A DNA stretch of 39,376 bases from Collinsella sp. (GTDB taxonomy: Bacteria; Actinomycetota; Coriobacteriia; Coriobacteriales; Coriobacteriaceae), in NCBI GenBank assembly GCA_014871605.1, contig WGSQ01000001.1, positions 1 through 39,376 on the forward strand. The letters are read 5' to 3'. Position 1 is the first letter of the stretch; each line of letters begins with the position of its first letter. Positions 1 through 9,411 of this stretch are shown in pieces. The notes beneath the pieces are model-generated. The model searched no databases and was not told the origin of the DNA. It was given only the letters and a program-made list of their open reading frames with translations. The position numbers were made by a program, and so were the translations under genes.

Positions 1-85
1 GCACAAAGTGCGGAGCGGAGGTTCTTTCATGTCCGAGGACGCGCCGGAAAGGAAGGTCGCCCTCGGGCCGGACAGCTAAGACAGC

Positions 86-1138
86 TTACGCGACGGTGTA
101 AACCCAGTTGTGCTTATCCTCGACAGCACCGGACTGGATACCAGTCAGGGTCTCGCGGAGCTTCTTCATCACAGGACCGATCTCGGTGTAGCCAGCCGGG
201 AAGGTCACGGTCTCGTCGGCGCCGTAAACCTTGTTGTCGATCTCGCCAACCGGGGAGATGACGGCAGCGGTGCCGCACAGGCCGCACTCCACAAAGGTGC
301 CGGCCTTGACCTCGGCCCACTCGACGGGACGCTGGTCGACGGTCATGCCCAGGTCCTGAGCAACCTGAACGAGCGAGCGACGGGTGATGGAGGGCAGGAT
401 GGAGTCGGTGTGCGACCGCGGAACGACGAGGGTGCCGTCCTCCTTCACGAACAGGACGTTGGCGCCACCGGTCTCCTCGACATAGGTGCGGGACTCGGAG
501 TCGAGATACAGGTTCTCGGCATAACCCTCGCGGTGAGCTTCCATCGTGGGCTTGAGGGACATGGCGTAGTTCAGGCCGGCCTTGATGTTACCGGTGCCGT
601 GCGGTGCCGCACGGTCATACTCGGAAACGCGCAGCTTGACGGGCTTGAGGCCACCCTTAAAGTACGGACCGACCGGGGTCACGAGAATGCGGAACGTGTA
701 CTCAGGAGCGGGAGCCACGCCGATCACGTCACCGGAGCCGATCATAAACGGACGCACGTACAGGGTCGCACCGGAGCCGAAGGGCGGAACCCACGCGGCG
801 TTGGCAGAAACGACCTGCTTGACGGCCTCAACGAACTTGTCCTTGGGGAACGGGGGCATCTCGAGGCGCTGGGCAGAGTTGTACATGCGCTCGGCGTTCA
901 TGTCGGGGCGGAAGCAGACGATGCTGCCGTCCTCGGCGGTGTAGGCCTTCAGGCCCTCAAAGACCTCCTGACAGTAATGGAAGATGCCGCCGCACTCGGA
1001 GACATGCAGGGTGTGGTCGGTGGTCAGGCCGCCCTCGTCCCACTCGCCATCCTTCCAATGGGCCTCGTAGCTGTAATCGGTCTTCATGTAGCCAAAGCCG
1101 AGGCTACCCCAATCGATATCCTTCTTCTCGACAGTCAT
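86..1138 (-). CDS. ilvE: Branched-chain amino acid aminotransferase (class IV PLP)
   Basis: Motifs HYCQEVFEGLKAY, LYVRPF, GNIKAGLNYA, EETGGANV, SILPSITRRS, GTAAVISPV. Start moved to the ATG at 1138 (MTVEKK), which follows an AAGGAG RBS. Confidence 0.95.
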   Translation of the reverse strand: MTVEKKDIDWGSLGFGYMKTDYSYEAHWKDGEWDEGGLTTDHTLHVSECGGIFHYCQEVFEGLKAYTAEDGSIVCFRPDMNAERMYNSAQRLEMPPFPKDKFVEAVKQVVSANAAWVPPFGSGATLYVRPFMIGSGDVIGVAPAPEYTFRILVTPVGPYFKGGLKPVKLRVSEYDRAAPHGTGNIKAGLNYAMSLKPTMEAHREGYAENLYLDSESRTYVEETGGANVLFVKEDGTLVVPRSHTDSILPSITRRSLVQVAQDLGMTVDQRPVEWAEVKAGTFVECGLCGTAAVISPVGEIDNKVYGADETVTFPAGYTEIGPVMKKLRETLTGIQSGAVEDKHNWVYTVA

Positions 1139-1325
1139 ATGTCGCTCCTTACATACACAGTTGCAAACTCGCGGACCCGCACGCAAGGACCGAGGCCGGC
1201 CGCGTCGCAACGTCGCACGCCCGGAGCGTAGAGCCGGACGGGACACGCGAACAGCATCAAAGCCGATGGCACGTCGATTCGCATGCACGAGATTGTACTC
1301 CCGTACGCGTCTGATAAAACGCTTT

Positions 1326-1343
1326 TCTTTAACTAAGTAAAGT
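1326..1343. promoter_or_regulatory. Palindromic operator-like site CTTTA-N6-TAAAG upstream of ilvE
   Basis: TCTTTAACTAAGTAAAGT. Similar sites at 35240-35259, 35285-35302 and 39290-39307. Confidence 0.55.
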
Positions 1344-1367
1344 ATTTTCATTTGACCGAAACTAAAG

Positions 1368-1397
1368 AGGCCCGCCACCGTAAGCGGTGACGGGCCT
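1368..1397 (-). terminator. Putative intrinsic terminator of dedA
   Basis: Stem AGGCCCGCCACCG/CGGTGACGGGCCT, followed by a T-rich tract on the minus strand. Confidence 0.6.
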
Positions 1398-1426
1398 TGA
1401 CTGCACGGTTTGCGCGCTGGCTCGAG

Positions 1427-2074
1427 TTACGCGTTCTTTTTGCCCAGCTTAGCCTTAACCAGACCGACCACGGTCGGGATGATCGACACGGCAACGATGC
1501 CGATAATCAGCAGCTCAAAGTGCTCCTGCACAAAGGGAATGCCGCCAAAGAAGTAGCCCAGCAGCGTAAAGACCGTCGACCAGGTAATGCCGCCCAGCAC
1601 GTTAAAGACGACAAAGTTGCGCCAGTGCATGCCGCCCATGCCAGCGATAAAGGGCACAAAGGTGCGGATAAACGGGAAGAAGCGACCCAGGAAGATGGCC
1701 AGGTGACCCCACTTGTCCAAGAAGTCCTCGGACTTTTTGATGCGCTCGGGCGTCATGGCCTTAACCTTGCCCGAAGCGATAATCTTTTTGCCAAAGAAGT
1801 GACCGATCATAAAATTGCACTGATCGCCCAAAATGGCAGCGGCCCATGCGGTAGCCAGAAGCGCCACGATGTTAAAGCCGCCATTGTGGGCAAAGAAACC
1901 CGAGGCGAACAGCAGTGAATCGCCGGGAAGGAACGGGAAGAACACCACGCCCGTCTCGATAAAGATGATCAGGAACACGCAGCCGTAGGCCATAAGCGGG
2001 CCGGCGGCGATCCAGCTGGCAATCGCGGTGCGCGGATCTTTGAGCAGCTCGGCGATAAAATTAATGAAACCCAT
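1427..2074 (-). CDS. dedA: DedA/VTT (SNARE-associated) family membrane protein
   Basis: Motifs FIETG..FLPGDSLLFASG, ILGDQ, GRFFPFIRTFVPFIAG. Start set at MGFINF after a GAGG RBS. Confidence 0.9.
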   Translation of the reverse strand: MGFINFIAELLKDPRTAIASWIAAGPLMAYGCVFLIIFIETGVVFFPFLPGDSLLFASGFFAHNGGFNIVALLATAWAAAILGDQCNFMIGHFFGKKIIASGKVKAMTPERIKKSEDFLDKWGHLAIFLGRFFPFIRTFVPFIAGMGGMHWRNFVVFNVLGGITWSTVFTLLGYFFGGIPFVQEHFELLIIGIVAVSIIPTVVGLVKAKLGKKNA

Positions 2075-2298
2075 GAAGTAAAACCTCTCAGTTGTGGGCG
2101 CGGATACGTCCAAGTTGACCAGTATACGGTTGCGGCGTCCCCTCGTGCGCAACCCCACAAAAGCATGACTCCATTACCAGCAAGTTTGCATAACTGACAC
2201 CTGTCACGCAAAGCCGTGAAAGATTGCTCTTCCTAATCCCTAGCGAATCGCTATACTTTATTGAATCGCATTGCCATGGCGCTAAGGGAGGGCGGCCG

Positions 2299-3003
2299 GT
2301 GAGCTTTATCAATACCATTCGCGAGGACATCAAGACCGTCCAGGCACAGGACCCCGCCGCGCAAAACGGCCTGGTCATTTTCCTTTCGTACCCCGGTCTG
2401 CATGCCAAGTGGAACCACGTACCCGAGCACTGGCTCTGGGAGCACGGTCATCGCTCGCTCGCCCGCGTGCTCTCGCAAATCACCCGCCACATCACCGGCG
2501 TCGAGATTCATCCCGCCGCACAGATCGGCAAGCACTTCTTTATCGACCATGCCATGGGCGTCGTCATCGGCGAGACCACCATCGTGGGCGACAACTGCGT
2601 GCTCTACCAGGGCGTCACGCTCGGCGGTACCGGCAACGAGACCGGCAAACGCCACCCAACGCTCGGCGATAACGTCACCGTGGGCACGGGCGCCAAGGTG
2701 CTCGGCAACATCCGCATCGGCAACAACGTCAAAATCGGCGGCAACTCGGTTGTCGTCAAGGACGTGCCCGACAACTGCACCGTCGTGGGCGTGCCGGGAC
2801 GCATCATCAAGCGCAACGGCTGCCGTGTGTTCGAGGAGAGTTTCGACGCCAAGCAGCATCGCGAGTACATGCCCGATGACGCCGCCGAGCAGTCCGCCCT
2901 CAACCGCCAGGGTATCACCGAGAATGCCCGCCGCGTCAAAGAACTCGAGCGAGAGGTGGCCGAGCTCAAGGCCCTCGTCGCCAAGCTCGCGGACGAACGC
3001 TAG
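2299..3003 (+). CDS. cysE: Serine O-acetyltransferase
   Basis: [49 protein letters not shown] hexapeptide region. GTG start after GGGAGG. Confidence 0.93.
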   Translation: MSFINTIREDIKTVQAQDPAAQNGLVIFLSYPGLHAKWNHVPEHWLWEHGHRSLARVLSQITRHITGVEIHPAAQIGKHFFIDHAMGVVIGETTIVGDNCVLYQGVTLGGTGNETGKRHPTLGDNVTVGTGAKVLGNIRIGNNVKIGGNSVVVKDVPDNCTVVGVPGRIIKRNGCRVFEESFDAKQHREYMPDDAAEQSALNRQGITENARRVKELEREVAELKALVAKLADER

Positions 3004-3041
3004 GAACGCAAGCGGCACAAAACGACATCGGCATCAACGCA

Positions 3042-3076
3042 AAGGCGCGCCAGGGAATTCATCCCCGGCGCGCCTT
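3042..3076. terminator. Hairpin between convergent cysE and ABC genes (probably a bidirectional terminator)
   Basis: Stem AAGGCGCGCC/GGCGCGCCTT. Confidence 0.6.
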
Positions 3077-3113
3077 ATTTGTGATGTGGCAAAGAGACTG
3101 TCCCTTTGTCACA

Positions 3114-5120
3114 TTATGCGAACTGGCTCAGATAGAGGTCGGCGTAGGCACCCTCGGCAGCCAGCAGCTCCTTATGCGTGCCCTGCTCGATAATGTTGCC
3201 GTGATCCATGACCAAGATCAGGTCGGCGTCCACGATCGTCGACAGGCGATGCGCGATCACAAAGCTCGTGCGCCCGCGCATAAGCGCGTCCATGGCACGG
3301 CCGATGGCAAGCTCGGTACGCGTGTCCACGCTTGAGGTCGCCTCGTCCAGGATGAGAATCGCCGGGTTGTTGAGCAGCACGCGTGCGATGGTCAGCAGCT
3401 GACGCTGGCCCTGGCTGATGCTTTCGGCATCGTTGGCCACGCGCGTGTCGTAGCCCTGCGGCATGGTGCGCACGAAGAAGTCGACCTGCGCGGCACGAGC
3501 GGCGGCCACAATTTCGTCGCGCGTTGCCTCGGGGCAGCCGTAGGCGATGTTTTCGGCAATCGTGCCATCGAATAGCCAGGCGTCTTGCAGCACCATGCCA
3601 AACTGCTGACGTAGCTCGCCGCGATCCATGCGGCTCGTATCCACGCCGTCGAGCGTAATACGCCCGCCGTCAATCTCGTAGAAGCGCATGAGCAGGTTGA
3701 TGAGCGTCGTCTTGCCTGCGCCCGTGGTTCCCACCACCGCGATCTTCTGGCCCGGCTCGGCAGTAAACGACACGTCGCGCATAAGCGGCTTGTCGGGCGA
3801 ATAACCAAAGCGCACATGCTCAAAGGAGACACGGCCCTCGACCTTGCCCGGCAGCTTGGCGGCCTCGTCCGGCAGCGGATCGGCCTCCATCTCGGGCTCA
3901 TCGAGCAGGTCGAACACGCGCTCCGCACTCGCCAGCGCGCTCTGCAGCGAGTTGAAGGTAAACGACAGCTGCGTCATGGGCTCAGATGCCTCGTAGATAA
4001 ACTGGAAGAACGCCTGGAACACGCCGACGGTCATGTGGCCGGCAACCAGCATACTGCAGCCCACAATCGCAATCACGATCTGTGCCAGGCGGCCGATAAA
4101 GCGCACCGCGGGGCCGACGGCGTTAATCATAAAGTCGGCCTTGGCACTCACGCGTGCCAGCTCGCCCGAGGCCTGGTGCACCTCGGCAGAACTTTGGCGC
4201 TCGCGGTTAAACGCGCGAATCACCAGACGGCCCGAGTAGCCTTCCTCGACCGCACTCGTAATCTTGGACACCCACTCTTGGCGCTCACCGGTTACGTCAT
4301 GCGTGCGGCGCGAGCCCACCTTGGTCACCAGCAGCGACAACGCCGTAAAGAACAAAAAGACCAGCGTAAGTGGCACGCTAAACACGAACATCACGCTCAC
4401 GGCGCCCACCACGGTACCGATCGACACCAGAAGCTGCAGCAAGCCGCGCTGCATGCTCTCGGACATCTTGTCCAAGTCGTTGGTCGCACGGCTGACGACC
4501 TCACCGGGACGATGCGCGTCAAAAAAGGCAAGCGGCAGACGGTTGAGCTTTTGTGCGATGCGGTTGCGTAGGCACAGGTTGAGGCGTTCGGCAACGCTCG
4601 ACATCAAAAAGCTCTGGAGCGCGTAGAACGAGGCAGCGGCCGTCCAGATCATAAAGTAGATGAAGATGGTCCTGCCGCAGTTCTCCCAGGTGATGTTGAA
4701 GGTGGTGTCGTTGGCAAACGCCACCTGAATGTGGCTCCACAGCTCATCGATCACGCGGGCGCTATATGCCGGCGCAGCAGTGTTAAAGATGGCATAGAAC
4801 ACAATGCTCGCGAACACGATATAGAAGCGCCAATGGTCGCCGGCAGCCTCGCTCCACAGGCGGCGCACCGTCGCCCAGGTATCTCGAGGCGTCTCGTCCT
4901 CGTCTTCATCGTCCACGTCGCGCATACGCTCTGCCTCGGCGCGGGCGCGCTCGTCCTCGGCACGTTCGTTTTCCTCGTAGAGCGCTTGGCGGCGAGCCTC
5001 GCGCTCGGCTGCAGCCTTGGCGGCGTCATCCAGCTCGGGTGCCACGGCAGCCGTTTCCTCGACCAGTACCGCGGCAGCGGCGTCATCAACGCCGCCCTGC
5101 TTCTTGAGCTCCTCGGTCAT
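3114..5120 (-). CDS. Heterodimeric ABC exporter subunit B (TMD+NBD), multidrug EfrB/TM288-like
   Basis: Walker A GTTGAGKT, degenerate signature ISQGQRQ, Walker B ILDEATS, switch IAHR, N-terminal TM helices. ATG at 5120 follows GGAGGT. Confidence 0.9.
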   Translation of the reverse strand: MTEELKKQGGVDDAAAAVLVEETAAVAPELDDAAKAAAEREARRQALYEENERAEDERARAEAERMRDVDDEDEDETPRDTWATVRRLWSEAAGDHWRFYIVFASIVFYAIFNTAAPAYSARVIDELWSHIQVAFANDTTFNITWENCGRTIFIYFMIWTAAASFYALQSFLMSSVAERLNLCLRNRIAQKLNRLPLAFFDAHRPGEVVSRATNDLDKMSESMQRGLLQLLVSIGTVVGAVSVMFVFSVPLTLVFLFFTALSLLVTKVGSRRTHDVTGERQEWVSKITSAVEEGYSGRLVIRAFNRERQSSAEVHQASGELARVSAKADFMINAVGPAVRFIGRLAQIVIAIVGCSMLVAGHMTVGVFQAFFQFIYEASEPMTQLSFTFNSLQSALASAERVFDLLDEPEMEADPLPDEAAKLPGKVEGRVSFEHVRFGYSPDKPLMRDVSFTAEPGQKIAVVGTTGAGKTTLINLLMRFYEIDGGRITLDGVDTSRMDRGELRQQFGMVLQDAWLFDGTIAENIAYGCPEATRDEIVAAARAAQVDFFVRTMPQGYDTRVANDAESISQGQRQLLTIARVLLNNPAILILDEATSSVDTRTELAIGRAMDALMRGRTSFVIAHRLSTIVDADLILVMDHGNIIEQGTHKELLAAEGAYADLYLSQFA

Positions 5121-5121
5121 G

Positions 5122-6858
5122 CTACTCACCTCCCTTCATCTGCGATTCCGCGATGGCGCGGTACACCTCGCAGGTTTCCATAAGCTCGCCATGCGTGCCC
5201 AAGCCCACAACCTCGCCATCCTTGAGCACGACGATCTGGTCGGCGTGCAAGATCGTCGAGATGCGCTGCGCGATGATGAGCACCGCAGCGTCACGCGTCT
5301 CGTCTTGCAACGCATGACGCAGGGCGGCATCGGTCTTAAAGTCCAGGGCCGAAAAACTGTCATCGAAGATATATAGATCGGCATGCTTCATGAGCGCACG
5401 GGCGATTGCCAAACGCTGGCGCTGGCCGCCCGAAAAGTTCGTACCGCCCTGGGCAACCGGGGTATCGAGCCCCTGCGGTTGGTCGAGTACAAAGGTGCTC
5501 TGGGCAACCTCAAGCGCGTGAAGCATGTCGCCCTCGGTCGCGCCTTCGTTACCAAAGCGAAGGTTGCTCGCCACCGTGCCCGAGAACAGCCACGCCTTCT
5601 GCGGCACATAGGCGATGTGCCCGCGAATCTCACCTTGCGAAAGCTCGCGCAGATCGACACCGTCCAGGCGAATGGCGCCCTTGGTGGCATCGTGGAAGCG
5701 CAGCAAGAGCTTGGCCACCGTCGACTTGCCCGAACCCGTCGAGCCGACGATTGCGGTCGTCTGACCGCGACGACAGGCAAAGCTCAGGTCGCACAGGGTG
5801 TCCTCGTCGGCATCGTCAAAGCGAAACGACATGTGGTCGAACACGGCCACCGCATCGGCTTCGTCTTGGGGCTCGCGCGCCCCGTCATCCAGCGTGCGCT
5901 CGCCATCGACGATGCTCGGCTCAATCTCCAACACCTGCTGCGCACGGTTCAGGCACGCGGCAGCACGCGGAAGTGTCAGCACCACCATCTGCGCCATCAT
6001 CACAAAGAACAGGATCAGGATCGCGTATTCCAACACGGCCGAGATGCTGCCGATTTGCATGGCATGGACGCCCGCGCGGTTGCCGCCCACCCACAGCACC
6101 GCCACCTCGGCGATGTTCATCAAAAAGAAGCTGGAGCTGTCGAGACCCACAAACAGGTGGTTAACCTTGATGGCGTTGGCCGCGTAATCGCTAAACACCT
6201 CGTCCAGGCGCTGCTCCTCGTGGCGCTCCTTGTTAAATGCGCGGATAACGCGCACGCCCACGATATTTTCGCGCAGCACCACGTTCATACGGTCGATAAA
6301 GCTCTGCAGTCGCATAAAGATCGGCGCGGCGTTGGCAACGGTAAAGACCGCCGCCACCAGCACGATCGCAACCACCACGCCCAGCAGCGTGCCCATGGCA
6401 GGATCGATAAACCAGGCAAAGATGATGCCCGCCACGGCCAAGAACGGTACCGGCAGCACCAACTGAATCGTCTGCAGGACAGCTTGCTGAATCACGTTGA
6501 TGTCGTTGAGCGAGCGCGTGATCATCGAACCCGTGCCAAAGCGCTCAAAGTCGCTGGCGGACAGCTCGAGCGACTTGTCGTACACGGCATTGCGGATATC
6601 GCAGGCCACGTTGGCGGCCAGGCGCGCCGAAAGATAGCAGCCCAACACCGCGCCGCCGCTGGCCATGCCGGTCGCGATAAGCATGTAGAGACCGTTGCGC
6701 AAAATGTAGTCGACATCGCCCGTGGTGATACCGGTGTTGACCATGTTCGCCAACATCGTGGGTACCAGCAGTGTGCCAACGTTGTCGATTAGCAGCACCA
6801 ACAACGTCACCGCGACAAGCCTGCGATACGGCTTCATAAACCTCATTAAGAGTCGCAC
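5122..6858 (-). CDS. Heterodimeric ABC exporter subunit A (TMD+NBD), EfrA/TM287-like
   Basis: Walker A GSTGSGKS, signature FSGGQRQR, degenerate Walker B IFDDSFS and switch IIAQR, as expected for the degenerate site of heterodimeric exporters. Confidence 0.9.
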   Translation of the reverse strand: MRLLMRFMKPYRRLVAVTLLVLLIDNVGTLLVPTMLANMVNTGITTGDVDYILRNGLYMLIATGMASGGAVLGCYLSARLAANVACDIRNAVYDKSLELSASDFERFGTGSMITRSLNDINVIQQAVLQTIQLVLPVPFLAVAGIIFAWFIDPAMGTLLGVVVAIVLVAAVFTVANAAPIFMRLQSFIDRMNVVLRENIVGVRVIRAFNKERHEEQRLDEVFSDYAANAIKVNHLFVGLDSSSFFLMNIAEVAVLWVGGNRAGVHAMQIGSISAVLEYAILILFFVMMAQMVVLTLPRAAACLNRAQQVLEIEPSIVDGERTLDDGAREPQDEADAVAVFDHMSFRFDDADEDTLCDLSFACRRGQTTAIVGSTGSGKSTVAKLLLRFHDATKGAIRLDGVDLRELSQGEIRGHIAYVPQKAWLFSGTVASNLRFGNEGATEGDMLHALEVAQSTFVLDQPQGLDTPVAQGGTNFSGGQRQRLAIARALMKHADLYIFDDSFSALDFKTDAALRHALQDETRDAAVLIIAQRISTILHADQIVVLKDGEVVGLGTHGELMETCEVYRAIAESQMKGGE

Positions 6859-7346
6859 GACTCCCCCTCACCTTGATTCTCGGCCTGGCTCTCGGCAGCG
6901 ATATGCTGCTTAAAGGCATCGCACTCATCGCCGAGCGCATGGGAAAATTTTCCGATTAGGCGCATGATTTCGCGCTGTTCCCAGGGCTCGAGCACTTCGA
7001 AAGCCTGTTGCTCGGCTTCTTGCGCCGGCAGCGCATAACGCTCGGCAAATTGCCTGCCCTCTTCGGTCAGGCTCACAACCTTATTCTTACGGCTGCCTTC
7101 GGCAAACCCCAACGTTGCGAAGCCCCGCGCCGTCAAGGTTTTAATTGCCGAGTTGATGGTCTGCTTGCTGTAGAACCATTCGCTTGTCAGACGGCTTACG
7201 GCAATACTGCCGCCCGCCGTGCTGGTATCGACGAGCATCCAGTAAGCGCAGTCCGAAAGACCGCAGGCGCGCGAGAACTCCGAATAGATATGGTCGAGTC
7301 CATTGAGCAACCGGTCGAAGTCGACCAGCGTAACCGCACTATTCAT
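6846..7346 (-). CDS. MarR-family transcriptional regulator
   Basis: wHTH SKQTINSAIKTL..G and wing SRKNKVVSLTEEG. First gene of the exporter operon. Confidence 0.85.
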   Translation of the reverse strand: MNSAVTLVDFDRLLNGLDHIYSEFSRACGLSDCAYWMLVDTSTAGGSIAVSRLTSEWFYSKQTINSAIKTLTARGFATLGFAEGSRKNKVVSLTEEGRQFAERYALPAQEAEQQAFEVLEPWEQREIMRLIGKFSHALGDECDAFKQHIAAESQAENQGEGESCDS

Positions 7347-7362
7347 CTATCCCACCATTCAA

Positions 7363-7422
7363 TTGTCCGATTTTTGACCAATTATGTGTCTCTAGATTAG
7401 TCCGAGTTTTGACTATCGTCAA
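7363..7422 (-). promoter_or_regulatory. Promoter of the marR-ABC operon with two operator-like palindromes
   Basis: TTGACG (7422-7417), 17 bp spacer, TAATCT (7399-7394). Palindromes TAGTC-N8-GACTA (7398-7415) and TTGTC-N8-GACCA (7363-7380). Confidence 0.7.
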
Positions 7423-7527
7423 CAGGCTCTCCGCAAATGCGTGCACTTTTATGGCCTATCGGCAGAAAAAGACCGCCGGCGCGGGGGCGGCGCCAGCGGT
7501 CACGTGAAAATCGGGTTTTATTGCCTG

Positions 7528-7818
7528 TTAAGCGGCGACGGCCTCATAGACCGTAGCGCCCGAGAAGCTGTCATGCAGGCTCTTGCCGGCAATCCACGGC
7601 AGCTCGACGACCTCGCAGACCGTGTTGACCAGCTCGGAGCAGTCAGTAAAGTGGCCCTTGTCGTTGAGGGCCTCGCAATCCTGAACACGCCAATAGCCAT
7701 CGGTGTGCGTGATGTAGTACTCGTGATCGTCAATCGTCACAAAAGCGCGCGTCTTGGAACGCAGCAGCTTCAGAAATCCTTCGAAGTCGGTCTCGACGAC
7801 ATCTCCAGCCTGGAACAT
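7528..7818 (-). CDS. Small acidic hypothetical protein (96 aa)
   Basis: GGAGG RBS before ATG 7818, host-like codon usage, downstream hairpin at about 7471-7501. No motif recognised. Confidence 0.75.
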   Translation of the reverse strand: MFQAGDVVETDFEGFLKLLRSKTRAFVTIDDHEYYITHTDGYWRVQDCEALNDKGHFTDCSELVNTVCEVVELPWIAGKSLHDSFSGATVYEAVAA

Positions 7819-8112
7819 GATGTTACCTCCTGGCTCGGCGCCACCACGGCGCATTGATAAACGTTGGTACTCCTTTAGTAAAACCTTTATCAGAGGTTAT
7901 GCGTTCGTCATTTAGGCAAGTGGTAAAAAACCGCAGGGTAGACGGGATAAAACGTTTAACCATCCCATTTGTTTGTCACATTTTGAAGGTACTTTTATGC
8001 AAACCTACTTTCCCAATTGGAATCTATCCTTTTGGCCGGGTAATTGACCGTCTACCGTTTGAGCCCGACGGGTATGAACGGGGCATCTGCAACGCCACCG
8101 CAAGGAGACACC

Positions 8113-8634
8113 ATGGAGACTATCGAAGCACTCATCCACCGTCGCAGCTGCCGCAAATACAGCGATCGTCCCGTCGAGGCCGAAAAGCTTGCACGTATTA
8201 TCGAAGCCGGCCAATATGCACCGAGCGGCATGGGCCGCCAGCCGGTGACATTTGTCGCCGTCACCGACCCCGTGACCGTCGAGCGTCTCTCACAGCTCAA
8301 CGCCCAGGTCATGGGCAGCAACAGCGACCCCTTCTATGGCGTCAAGACCGTTGTGGTGGTGCTGGTCGACCGCAGTGTGCCCACGCATCTGGAAGACGGC
8401 TCGCTCGCCATGGGCAACTTGCTCAACGCCGCCTATGCACTGGGTGTCGATTCGTGCTGGATTCACCGCGCGCATGAGGTCTTTGACTCGCCCGAGGGCC
8501 TGGAGCTGCTGGCCAGCTGGGGCCTGCCCGCCGACGGCAGCCTGCGCGGTGTCGGTAACTGCATTCTGGGCTATGCCGAGGACACGCTACCCGAGGCAAA
8601 GCCACGCCGCGACAACGTGGTGTATGTAAAGTAG
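8113..8634 (+). CDS. Nitroreductase-family FMN-dependent oxidoreductase
   Basis: RRSCRKY, APSGMGRQP, NLLNAAYALGVDSCWI, ILGY. AAGGAG RBS before ATG 8113. Confidence 0.9.
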   Translation: METIEALIHRRSCRKYSDRPVEAEKLARIIEAGQYAPSGMGRQPVTFVAVTDPVTVERLSQLNAQVMGSNSDPFYGVKTVVVVLVDRSVPTHLEDGSLAMGNLLNAAYALGVDSCWIHRAHEVFDSPEGLELLASWGLPADGSLRGVGNCILGYAEDTLPEAKPRRDNVVYVK

Positions 8635-8751
8635 GAAGGTCCGCCGTTCTACCGAACGGCGGTCGCTCGCTGTTGGCGACTGACATCGAATGAGCCACTG
8701 TCTTGGGCAGCTAAAAAAGCCCCGTCCCAAATTAGCTGCCCCACTCGCAAC

Positions 8752-9327
8752 TTATCCCGCCGATGGAGTTGTCGTCGTTTCGTTCGTGTGAGTCGTTTCG
8801 GCTTCGCTGCCTTGTTCGTCCTCGTCCTTTTGCGCATCGGCGATGGTGGAGGCCGCCGCGACGATGCCGCGCTGAGGTGCGACGCCCGTCTGGGTCTGAG
8901 CGCCCTCGACAACTTCTGTGCCTGCATGCGCGAGCTCGGGCGATTTAAACACCGCGTCCAAGTTGGCGCCACCGCCGGCGTAGCCAAGCGCAGCGAGTGC
9001 GATGACGATCACTGCAACGACGGCCACGATCGGCACATAACGATGCCAACCAGCAGGATTGAGCCCACTGCGGCGAGCCGCCCCGCGGCTGATGTAACCA
9101 AGCGTGCCGTCGTGCTTGAGCTTTGAGCCCACCACGCGTTTGCGGCCCCACAGCGAGGACTCTGCCTGCATTGCCAAGCGGGCGCTTGCCGAAGGGTAGC
9201 CGTATTTAGTGCGCTTGAACGAGCCATCAAACCCCGAGGCGTGTTTGCCCCACGTCACCGATGTTGTGCGTCGGTTGACCGGCGCGGCACTCCGCCTTCT
9301 GCGGCTCGGTTTTGTAGTCTCAGCCAT
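8752..9327 (-). CDS. Hypothetical single-pass membrane protein (basic N-terminus, acidic C-terminus)
   Basis: One hydrophobic segment, VPIVAVVAVIVIALAALG. Start chosen at MAETTK; uncertain. Confidence 0.6.
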   Translation of the reverse strand: MAETTKPSRRRRSAAPVNRRTTSVTWGKHASGFDGSFKRTKYGYPSASARLAMQAESSLWGRKRVVGSKLKHDGTLGYISRGAARRSGLNPAGWHRYVPIVAVVAVIVIALAALGYAGGGANLDAVFKSPELAHAGTEVVEGAQTQTGVAPQRGIVAAASTIADAQKDEDEQGSEAETTHTNETTTTPSAG

Positions 9328-9411
9328 ACGCCCCCGCACGCCGTAACCAAATCGAAACAATAACGCTTTGGACTGTAGCACACGCGTCGCGCGCGGTCAC
9401 GGGCGCCTCGC

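Noticed and set aside
1..85. GC-rich partial hairpin at the window start (GTCCGAGG..CCTCGGGC)
   Set aside because: Truncated by the window edge. It could be part of a repeat or the ilvE terminator, but cannot be classified from this sequence.
1139..1300. T-box riboswitch upstream of ilvE
   Set aside because: No AAGGTGGTACCGCG-like T-box sequence or terminator/antiterminator pair was found in the leader.
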